The notes under the pieces were generated by a model. That model was not told the DNA's origin and ran no database searches. It saw only the letters and a list, made by a program, of their open reading frames with translations. From Candidatus Hydrogenedentota bacterium (lineage in GTDB: Bacteria > Hydrogenedentota > Hydrogenedentia > Hydrogenedentales > SLHB01), in NCBI GenBank assembly GCA_029974275.1, contig JARKSN010000201.1, positions 1-32,427 on the forward strand: a stretch of 32,427 nucleotides of DNA, in the 5' to 3' direction. Below, one piece after another: positions 7,166 to 14,835 of the stretch. Made by a program: the position numbers and the translations under genes. Each line of letters begins with the position of its first letter. Within the stretch, counting starts at the first letter, position 1.

Positions 7166-9058
7166 TTATGGAAGCGTCACTTCGATGCGAAATGACGTCA
7201 CCGTTTGCCCTGCGGCATATTGCCACGGAGCGGGGGCGCCGCCAACGGACGCGCCGCCTCCCGAAACGTTTTGTGCGTTGTCAAGCTCGGTCACGGACAC
7301 CCGGTTGGCGAACGCGTCGTTGAAATCGACCTTGGGAAACGATTTCTCGAGCGCCACCTTGAAATCCGTCACGTCTTGCGGCGTCAGGGCGTATCCGGCA
7401 ATGATGATGCCATTGCCCGGCGGCGGGCCCACCGCCGCCGCCGTCTGCGTCGACGATCGCAACGAACCGGCGCCGGCCGCCGCCTGGGAGCCGCCGCCGG
7501 CCGGGGGCTGAATCCCCGGGAAGCCCGAACTGACGCTTCCCCCGACAGGAGCGCCGCCGCGTTGTTGCGGCATCGCTCCGATATGCGTGGTTTCGATCCG
7601 GCTTATCCACACCTTGTTGCCTTTGGGCCTGGCATTGTTGATCACGTTGAGATAATCCAGCCAGAACTTACGGTTCCGCCGCAATGAATCCAACGTGTCT
7701 AGTTTGTTTTTTTCCTCGGCCACCCGGTTTCGAGCGACATTGAGATCGGCCTCCGATCGCGATGTCGTCGCTTGGGTGTCGCCCGATTTCGCCGTCCCCC
7801 GCGCCAACGACGCGTCGTAGCCGATAATGGCCGTCTCCACCTGCTTGATGTACTCGCGAACGGCGGCGTTCTCCTGTTCCTTGATGGGGATGACCGACGC
7901 CACGATCAACACCAGCGCCGCCACCGACAGCAGCCAATAGAAAATCTGCTCGCGCTGTTTGGCCAAGGCCAATATCGCCGGGGGAATCAGGTTGATGGCA
8001 ATGGGAACGGCGTCCAGCGTGCGGAGGGAAAGGCCCAACGCCACCGCCGCGCGTTCCGGGTGTTCGTTCACCTCCTGGGCCGATGGCGCGATCGCCAATC
8101 CCGCGAGGGGCTGGGCAATGCGGACTTCCATGGCGAGTTGCCGCTCGAGGTATGGAATCATGTTGCGCAAACAGGCGCCGCCGCCCGTCACGACGACGCG
8201 CGTCACCGGACCGCCGCCGGGCTGCGACCGGAAAAACGAGAAACTGCGGGCGATTTCTCCCACCAGACGGCCCAGCACGTCGCCAATGACTTGGCCGCCT
8301 TTTCCGTCGTGTTGGGCGTCGCCCGTTGGAGCGAAACCGCGTTCGCGCTTGAGCTTCTCCGCCTCGTAAAACGTGGTCCCAAAGGCGTTCGCCAAGGCGG
8401 CCGTGACATCGTTGCCGCCGAGATTCACGCTGCGGACGAAACGGAACTGTCCCTCGCGCTCGATCACGATGTCGGTGGTGGTGGCGCCGAGATCGATCAG
8501 CGCAACGCTCTCGCCCTGTTCGCCGAACTCGCCGGTGTATTTGAGCCAGTTGTATGCGGCGAACGGACACACATCGACAATGTCGATCTGCCGTTTCGCC
8601 TCGCGGACGGCGTCCAGCCACTTGTCGACGACGTCGACCTTGATGGCGGCCATGAGCACGTCGTACCCGCCGGCCTCTGTCCGGCTCAGCACCTGATAGT
8701 CCAGCGCAATCTGATCCAGTCCGAACGGTATTTGTTGTTGGATTTCGTACCGGACGATCTGGGTGACCTTGTGTTCCGGCACAGGGGGCAAGGGGCGGGT
8801 GCGCACGAAAACCGACTGTCCCGGGACGCCGAAAACGACTTTGCGGGTGCGGTTTTTGGTTTCCTTGAGCAAGGCGGCCAAGGTTTCCCGGCGGGCTCGA
8901 CGCTTGGTTTCCTCGTCGGCGGAAGGCTCGACCACGTATTCGCGCTGAATATACCGGACCAGCTGGTATCCGGTTTTGGTATGCGCCAATTCGCACATAC
9001 GGATGGCGCTGGTGCCAATGTCGAGAACCAGTCGCCTCTTGCGTTTAACGCGGGCCAT
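7166..9058 (-). CDS. pilM: type IV pilus assembly protein PilM fused to a PilN-like domain
   Basis: Actin-like fold motifs LDIGTSAIR, YEIQQQIPF, IDLGATTTD, GGNDVT, AEKLK, VTGGG. These are followed by the PilN-type 'INLIP' motif (about 7982-7996), a TM helix, a coiled coil and 'WLDYLNVINNARP..VWISRI'. RBS GAGGTGAGG. Confidence 0.9.
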   Translation of the reverse strand: MARVKRKRRLVLDIGTSAIRMCELAHTKTGYQLVRYIQREYVVEPSADEETKRRARRETLAALLKETKNRTRKVVFGVPGQSVFVRTRPLPPVPEHKVTQIVRYEIQQQIPFGLDQIALDYQVLSRTEAGGYDVLMAAIKVDVVDKWLDAVREAKRQIDIVDVCPFAAYNWLKYTGEFGEQGESVALIDLGATTTDIVIEREGQFRFVRSVNLGGNDVTAALANAFGTTFYEAEKLKRERGFAPTGDAQHDGKGGQVIGDVLGRLVGEIARSFSFFRSQPGGGPVTRVVVTGGGACLRNMIPYLERQLAMEVRIAQPLAGLAIAPSAQEVNEHPERAAVALGLSLRTLDAVPIAINLIPPAILALAKQREQIFYWLLSVAALVLIVASVIPIKEQENAAVREYIKQVETAIIGYDASLARGTAKSGDTQATTSRSEADLNVARNRVAEEKNKLDTLDSLRRNRKFWLDYLNVINNARPKGNKVWISRIETTHIGAMPQQRGGAPVGGSVSSGFPGIQPPAGGGSQAAAGAGSLRSSTQTAAAVGPPPGNGIIIAGYALTPQDVTDFKVALEKSFPKVDFNDAFANRVSVTELDNAQNVSGGGASVGGAPAPWQYAAGQTVTSFRIEVTLP

Positions 9059-9336
9059 GCCTCACCTCAGCGCGCTCGCTCTTATCCACGCGTTCGTCCC
9101 TGCCAGCCTGCCAGGGCGCCATGAAATCTATGATAAGTCCGGATTTTTCATCGCACGCTGCCAGAGCCCCGCGCGACGCCTGTCCTCGTGACAGCCCCCA
9201 TGCACTGTGCCTGAAAAACAACCTTTTACGACTTCGGCGCAGGCGCCTGGGCGGCATTTCTCCTCATGCCTTGTCGAGCGCTGGGAGAAATGCGGATCAG
9301 CCCCGCTCGCGCCACGCCCGTAACCCGTTGTGAAGC

Positions 9337-9365
9337 ATTGTAATAAACACGTTACCACCTGTCAA
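9337..9365 (-). promoter_or_regulatory. sigma70 promoter of the pilMN-O-P-secretin operon
   Basis: Minus strand TTGACA(9365-9360)-N17-TACAAT(9342-9337). Confidence 0.8.
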
Positions 9366-9435
9366 GAATAAAAACGCTTGACAAAAATTTCTTCTTTGGC
9401 GTTTTTTCCATCCGCGTCTTATTCATCTCGCCGGG

Positions 9436-10869
9436 TCAGCGCCCGCTCGGCGCCTCAGCCTTCACATCGAGCGCACACCGCAGCCCGTAGTCCTCGCGCC
9501 GCGCATCCATCGTGTCGAAGAGACGTCGGGCGCAGCGCGCATCAAAGGCCTTGGTTCGAAACGAGCCGCCTCGCAGCACCCGGAACAATTGCCCATACTC
9601 TTTTTGGATCACTTGGTTGCCGGGGTATGCCTGATACCAACTCGATGTCCACTCCAGCGCATTGCCCGCCATGTCCATGCATCCATACGGCGAGACTCCG
9701 GCTCGAAAATGGCCTACTTCGAAGGTTCTGGCATTGGGCCCTCCTTCGACGTTGCATGCCGATGCCTGGAAGACGTTGCCCCAGGGGTATTCCCTTTCGT
9801 CCGTGCCGCGCGCGGCTTTTTCCCATTCCATCTCGGTGGGAAGACGTTTGCCCACCGCCGAAGCGAACGCGACGGCTTCGTTATAGGTTATCCCCGTGAC
9901 GGGGTGACTTCCTTTGCCCTGTCCGTATTGGAATGAAGGAAACACGGCCTTGAATTGTTCGTTGGTGACTTCGTATTTGTCGATGTAGAACGCCTCCACG
10001 AACACCTTCCGCTGCGGGGCTTCGTCTGGCGAACTGCTCTCTTCGCCCATGAGAAACTCCCCGGCAGGGACAAGCGCCATTCCCGGAGGAACCGCGCCCG
10101 GGGTCATCTGAACTTCAATGCTCCGGGTTTCGTTGGGTTGTAGCTGCACCACTTGGTCCGATTGGATGTAGCCCTTCGTATGCACCGTGATTGTGTAGGT
10201 TCCCGGCTTGAGCGTGATTTTCGTGGGGGTGCGGGCCTCCATCAATTGATTGTCCACCCATATGTTCGCGCCTGTAGGGACGGAATACACCTCGAGCAGC
10301 GCGCCCCGCGGCGTCAAGAGGTGGTTCTTCTGGTATTGGAAATCCTCCTCCACGCGCAGTTCCTGCTCGATCGGGTCATAGCCCTCGGCCGAGATGAGAT
10401 AGCGGTGATTCCCAATCGGCACGGGCGCTTTCGTCAACGGCGTCACGCCCAGCACCTTCTCGCCATCCAAAATGACTTTGGCGCGTTGAGGCGTTGAGTC
10501 CACGCTCAAATACCCTACCCGAGGCTCCATCTCGAACAGGAATTCCTGTGGCTCGACTTTGTTTTCAATGACGACGACTTGCCACGCATGCTTGAAGCCT
10601 TCCCGCTCCACTTCCACCAATGCCTGTCCGGGCATCAGGTCCGTGACCGTCAACGGCGTCACGCCGCGCACCACTCCGTTGATGGAGACGACCCCGCCGC
10701 GTTCCGGATTGGTTCGGATGGCGACGGTGATGGGGAGATCGCTTCTGGAGCCGCCGCATCCGGCCCATAGCGCAATGCCCGCAACGAGGATGACCGCGAT
10801 TACGCCCCATCGCCGTCCAGGCGCCGGCAAACGTATGTCTCGCCAACGATAATCGCATCCCGTATGCAA
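9436..10869 (-). CDS. PEGA-repeat + FGE-sulfatase (SUMF1/EgtB/PvdO-like) domain protein, probable lipoprotein
   Basis: Hydrophobic N-terminus ending in 'LWAGC' (lipobox-like). Three PEGA-like repeats (S.P.GA.V..DG...G.TP). FGE motifs VPAGEFLMG, FYIDKYEVTN, KRLPTEMEWEKAARG, DMAGNALEW, RVLRGGSF, GLRCA. Start uncertain (TTG). Confidence 0.85.
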   Translation of the reverse strand: MHTGCDYRWRDIRLPAPGRRWGVIAVILVAGIALWAGCGGSRSDLPITVAIRTNPERGGVVSINGVVRGVTPLTVTDLMPGQALVEVEREGFKHAWQVVVIENKVEPQEFLFEMEPRVGYLSVDSTPQRAKVILDGEKVLGVTPLTKAPVPIGNHRYLISAEGYDPIEQELRVEEDFQYQKNHLLTPRGALLEVYSVPTGANIWVDNQLMEARTPTKITLKPGTYTITVHTKGYIQSDQVVQLQPNETRSIEVQMTPGAVPPGMALVPAGEFLMGEESSSPDEAPQRKVFVEAFYIDKYEVTNEQFKAVFPSFQYGQGKGSHPVTGITYNEAVAFASAVGKRLPTEMEWEKAARGTDEREYPWGNVFQASACNVEGGPNARTFEVGHFRAGVSPYGCMDMAGNALEWTSSWYQAYPGNQVIQKEYGQLFRVLRGGSFRTKAFDARCARRLFDTMDARREDYGLRCALDVKAEAPSGR

Positions 10870-11017
10870 TGGATCCCCCCGAGCTTACTGCACAAAACCA
10901 TCTTGCTGCGCAGACCCCGTCCGGGGCCTGCGCAGCCCATCGCGCTTCCATTTAAGCGCAAGCCGCGCATTTACGCAAGTCCTTTTCTGAACCGCGCCGC
11001 GCCTGCGCCGCAAGGCG

Positions 11018-13381
11018 CTACTGTCCCTCGAAGGGAAGCGTAACGCTCTGCGGATCGATGAGACCGTAGTACAAGCCGCGCCAATAGGCGTCCAAATAGC
11101 TGCCGCCGCCAATTTCGCGCTGCGTATTCTTCTCGAACTGCAACACGAGATGCGCGCTTTCCCACGTCTCGCCTGCATCCTTGGATAGGTACAGTCCCGC
11201 AGGGGTTCCCGCGAACACCCACGACGAATGGCGTGGAGCCAACGCCGTTTTGACGACCGGAATATCCAGGCCGCCTGTTTTCTCCTGCCACGAGACGGCT
11301 CCGTCCTCGCTCTTGCGCACGCCCAGCCCCGCGCCGGTGATTATCTCTTTATCGTTCGCGGGAGATATGGCGGGGCGGGCGATATCGCCCGGCAACAACG
11401 CGGCGAAGAATTCGCGCAGGCCGCCCTCCTCCATTTTCTCGTAGATGCTGCGCATATCGTTGGTCCATGTCAGGCCGCCGTCGCGGGTTTCCTGGAAGAT
11501 GGTTTTCATCTCCCTGCCGCCTGCGCGCGTCTTGGCCCCCGCGATGGCGTGATCCGGATTGGCGGGATCGACGGCGATCCACGGATGCAGCTCGCTGTAT
11601 CGCCCGAAGCCGATGTCGCCGCCGCGCGTCCACTGGGGATCGTCGATCTTCTTGGTGAAGACCGTCTGGCCGCACACGGCATAAAGGCGGCCCGGCTTGC
11701 CCGGCGCCACCGCGAAAGCGAACGCCGGGGCCTCCGGAAGCCCTTGCGCCAGGGACTCCCACGTCTTGCCGATGAAGCCTTCGCCGAAATCCGCGCTGCG
11801 ATAGACGCCGCGCGTGGTGACGGCGTACAGCACGTTCCCGTGGAACGGGTCGAATTGGATGTCTGCGGGCGCGCCGTCATCGGCCGGCACGGGAAGCCGC
11901 ATCCAGGCATACCCTGCCGTTGTGCTCAAGTAAAAACCGTCGTCGCACGCTGCGGCGACGATGCGCGATTTCGGCCCGCAATCCACGGCGCGGGCCGGAC
12001 TGCGCAGGTCTTGGTCCACGGGCCGCCAATTGTCGGCCGTCGCCGCGCCGTCGCGCGACTGATACAGGTCGCCGCGCTCGTCTACGGCATAGATCACCAT
12101 CGGGTCTTGCGCCGACACGGCCACGTCCGTAACGATGCGGCTCTGCCATCCGTCGGCCGTGAGCAGGCCGCCTTTCCAGATGTATTCGTTGTCCCATGCG
12201 GCCCAATACATTGGATACGGCGGCTTGCGTTCGGGATGGATGCTGTTCATCGTCGGACGCAGCGTCATATCCGTCGGCCACGACTGCAGCGAAAACAGCG
12301 CCTCCTTCAAGGCCTTTTCCCGGTCCGGCGCTTCCGGCGTCAACGCGTAATAACTGTACGTGAACAGGCTTTGCGCGTCATCCTTGTGGTTCGCCCACAG
12401 GGCGTCCATCACGACCCGATAGGCCGCCAGCAGTTCGGGATCGTCCTCGATGCGAAACAGATTTTCCAGGTGACAGAACACGTGCTGCGCATCGTCGAAA
12501 TCCTTCTCCGTCGAAAAGGATTTCAGCCCCCGCACGCCGTATTGATGGACCAGTTGATCGAACACGCGCTTGAATTTCGCGTCGCCCGTGGCATGGTGCG
12601 CGACGCGCGCGCCGGCAATCGCCATGAACACCCGGGTGTTCAGGGTTTTTCCGTCGGTGAACCCCAGAATGCTTTCGCCGGCGGTGTCGCTGGGCGTCTT
12701 CTGGTAGTCATAAATGCGCAGATCGTTGTCGACCCAATAGCTCACCAACGCATCGATCGCCTGGCGGCATCGATCTTTTTGTTCGCCTTCGGCGGCTAAA
12801 TCGTAGTATTGAGCCAAGCCGCCGACCGCCGAGCTGTAATTGTGGTGGCTGGGATCGCCGCGCCAGCGGAATTCCTTGCCGTCCGCCTGGCCCTGATGCC
12901 ATTTGTCGCTTTTCCTGGAGCCGAAACGTTCCTCGTACACGTCGCCATGACCGAGGAAGTACCCGCGCGCCTGCATGCCGCGCTCGCCCGTCACGCGCTG
13001 GCACCGGTAGACTGCTTCGAACAATTCATCCGCCCGCGCCTTGGCGTCCGCTATCTCATCGGCAGGCGCGTCGATCTTTTTCAAATACGCGTACCGGTAC
13101 GACATGCCCGCCAAATGATACGCCGTCCACACCACCGCATGCGCCACGTCCGAAAACGGCGTCGCCGTGGTGATGTCGATGGACTGTCCCTTCGGCGGCA
13201 GTTGCACCATCGACGGATACAGCCCGAAAATGTTGTGCCGATCGCGGATGTTCGCGTCCAAGATGCGGGCCTTTTCTGCCAAGGGCTTTTTCCAGGCGTC
13301 TTTTTCCTCTCCCGCCAACGCCGGAGCGACCAGACAAAACCCCATGAGAAGCGTGAATAGAGCATTTCCGCGGAAGCGCAT
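11018..13381 (-). CDS. secreted two-domain protein: helical N-terminal domain plus Asp-box/BNR beta-propeller
   Basis: 787 aa with RBS AAGGAGG and a signal peptide ending ALA. The C-terminal half has about six Asp-box-like repeats (SRDGAATADNW, STTAGYAW, SADFG..KTW, TRDGGLTW, SEDGAVSW, SKDAGETW). Function unknown. Confidence 0.75.
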   Translation of the reverse strand: MRFRGNALFTLLMGFCLVAPALAGEEKDAWKKPLAEKARILDANIRDRHNIFGLYPSMVQLPPKGQSIDITTATPFSDVAHAVVWTAYHLAGMSYRYAYLKKIDAPADEIADAKARADELFEAVYRCQRVTGERGMQARGYFLGHGDVYEERFGSRKSDKWHQGQADGKEFRWRGDPSHHNYSSAVGGLAQYYDLAAEGEQKDRCRQAIDALVSYWVDNDLRIYDYQKTPSDTAGESILGFTDGKTLNTRVFMAIAGARVAHHATGDAKFKRVFDQLVHQYGVRGLKSFSTEKDFDDAQHVFCHLENLFRIEDDPELLAAYRVVMDALWANHKDDAQSLFTYSYYALTPEAPDREKALKEALFSLQSWPTDMTLRPTMNSIHPERKPPYPMYWAAWDNEYIWKGGLLTADGWQSRIVTDVAVSAQDPMVIYAVDERGDLYQSRDGAATADNWRPVDQDLRSPARAVDCGPKSRIVAAACDDGFYLSTTAGYAWMRLPVPADDGAPADIQFDPFHGNVLYAVTTRGVYRSADFGEGFIGKTWESLAQGLPEAPAFAFAVAPGKPGRLYAVCGQTVFTKKIDDPQWTRGGDIGFGRYSELHPWIAVDPANPDHAIAGAKTRAGGREMKTIFQETRDGGLTWTNDMRSIYEKMEEGGLREFFAALLPGDIARPAISPANDKEIITGAGLGVRKSEDGAVSWQEKTGGLDIPVVKTALAPRHSSWVFAGTPAGLYLSKDAGETWESAHLVLQFEKNTQREIGGGSYLDAYWRGLYYGLIDPQSVTLPFEGQ

Positions 13382-13626
13382 ACCGACCTCCTTTCAAGAA
13401 CGCAATGCCATGGTGGGCGTTTTCGAGACGTTCCATTCTACGAACAACATCGATCCCTGCGCAACAGGCAGGCGGCGGCGATCGCTGTTGTTCCCCAAAC
13501 GCCTCCGGGACGCAATACCTTCCCTGTTGCGACGTTCCCGCTTGGATTTTCCTGCAGCCGTTCACAAAAGTATGCATGCTCCTGCGTCAAGCGTAGGGGG
13601 CTTTCTTTCTCTGGCGGGCAACGCCC

Positions 13627-13655
13627 TTGGAAAGGCTTCCCCGATGTGGTACACT
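13627..13655 (+). promoter_or_regulatory. candidate sigma70 promoter with extended -10
   Basis: TTGGAA(13627-13632)-N17-TACACT(13650-13655) with TG at 13647-13648. Confidence 0.55.
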
Positions 13656-13731
13656 GGCCCGGTGACGCTGACAGCCGCCATGGGACGGCGGCTGCGGCAA
13701 AGGCGGCCTTACAAGGGAAAGGAGAACCGGC

Positions 13732-13860
13732 ATGGTCCCTGTATTCATCCATACCGCGACTGCGATCCCGGTGGCCGTTTCCATCGGGACGGCGGCGTCC
13801 TTTACGGGGGCGCGCCGCGCGGTCCGCTCCCCATTGCCTGAGGCGCCGCTTATCGACTAA
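13732..13860 (+). CDS. putative 42-aa small protein or leader peptide
   Basis: MVPVFIHTATAIPVAVSIGTAASFTGARRAVRSPLPEAPLID*. RBS AAGGAG at 13719-13724, with a promoter upstream and a terminator downstream. Not in the supplied ORF track. Confidence 0.45.
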   Translation: MVPVFIHTATAIPVAVSIGTAASFTGARRAVRSPLPEAPLID

Positions 13861-13889
13861 CCCGCGCACTCCATAACAAGACGCGCAAC

Positions 13890-13930
13890 GCGCCGCAGGC
13901 AGAATCCACCGCCTGCGGCGCTTCGTTTTT
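13890..13930 (+). terminator. Rho-independent terminator or attenuator hairpin
   Basis: GCGCCGCAGGC-N10-GCCTGCGGCGC (11-bp stem) followed by TTCGTTTTT. Confidence 0.7.
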
Positions 13931-14111
13931 GAAAACGCCCCGCGAGGGGCATAGCGCCGGGTAAATGCCGGCAAGGAGGAGAAATCCATGAACGCGTTCC
14001 TTTTGGTACGAGTGCGAACTGCGGTCCGGGCCCATGCGGCCTTTGCGCCGGCCTCGCGCCGGATATGCTCGAAACCAAACGCAGAAAAATATCTCCATGG
14101 AGAACAGGGTC

Positions 14112-14534
14112 ATGACTACATTCAATCCGGACTTCTGGGAAGTCCCCGCGGACTCCCGTTATCTTGAGCGTTTCCCGGCCGATCGGGCGCTGTGGTTCGA
14201 AACCGAGGTCGATCGCGAGCGGCGGCACGCCGTGCAGGAGTTCTTTCAATGCGTGCTGCCCGTCGTCCAAGACTTGATCGATGCGAAACTGACCGGACGC
14301 CAGCGGCAAGTCGTTCGGCTGTACTATTTCGACGGAAAAACCCAGGAAGACATCGCCACGCTTCTCGATCTGTCTCAATCGACGGTGAGCCGACACCTGT
14401 TCGGAACCGTCCGCAACGGCAGGAAAGTCGGCGGCGCCGTCCACAAGCTGCAACGGATCATCGCGCGCGGGTCCTTCAAGCAAATCGACGACGCCCTGGA
14501 TTCGCTGCGCACGCGTTTTGCGAAGGCCAGTTGA
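14112..14534 (+). CDS. sigma70 region-4 type HTH protein (no region 2)
   Basis: 140 aa from ATG 14112 with GGAG at 14099-14102 (alternative ATG 14097). 'LTGRQRQVVRLYYFDGKTQEDIATLLDLSQSTVSRHL' is a sigma-r4 HTH, followed by the insertion 'FGTVRNGRKVGGAVHKL'. Confidence 0.8.
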   Translation: MTTFNPDFWEVPADSRYLERFPADRALWFETEVDRERRHAVQEFFQCVLPVVQDLIDAKLTGRQRQVVRLYYFDGKTQEDIATLLDLSQSTVSRHLFGTVRNGRKVGGAVHKLQRIIARGSFKQIDDALDSLRTRFAKAS

Positions 14535-14750
14535 CTGCCCCTCGCAAAGAACTTGTGCATCCGGAAGCGCTTTGCTACAATCCGCCCTGCCCCGCTCTAT
14601 GTGAAGGACAACGGGGGAGTGGGATTAGACCGCGGCGTCCGTATGTTGGCTTTCCCGACCGGCTAGAACGGCGGAAATGCCATCCGGCGTCCGCAAATGC
14701 GGCGCCGGGGCATAACCTGCGGATATGTCAAGAGTTCCGGGAAGGATCGC

Positions 14751-14779
14751 TTGACACGTTCGCACGTTTGTGGTTTAAT
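14751..14779 (+). promoter_or_regulatory. sigma70 promoter of the OmpA-domain gene
   Basis: TTGACA(14751-14756)-N17-TTTAAT(14774-14779) with an extended -10 TG. Confidence 0.8.
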
Positions 14780-14835
14780 TACACAGGAGTTGCTGTGTCA
14801 GCGGAAGGAAGCGGAAGGAAGAAGGAGAAGACCAA

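Noticed and set aside
9045..9257. 70-aa uORF in the pil leader
   Set aside because: The GAGGAG-to-ATG spacing is only about 2 nt, and the Arg-rich sequence has no protein-like features.
9436..9620. FGE/CLec C-terminus as a diversity-generating retroelement variable region
   Set aside because: No reverse transcriptase and no template-repeat copy were seen in the window.
13732..13860. Classical ilv/thr amino-acid attenuator
   Set aside because: There are no tandem runs of regulatory codons and the downstream gene is not biosynthetic. It is kept only as a generic small ORF or leader.
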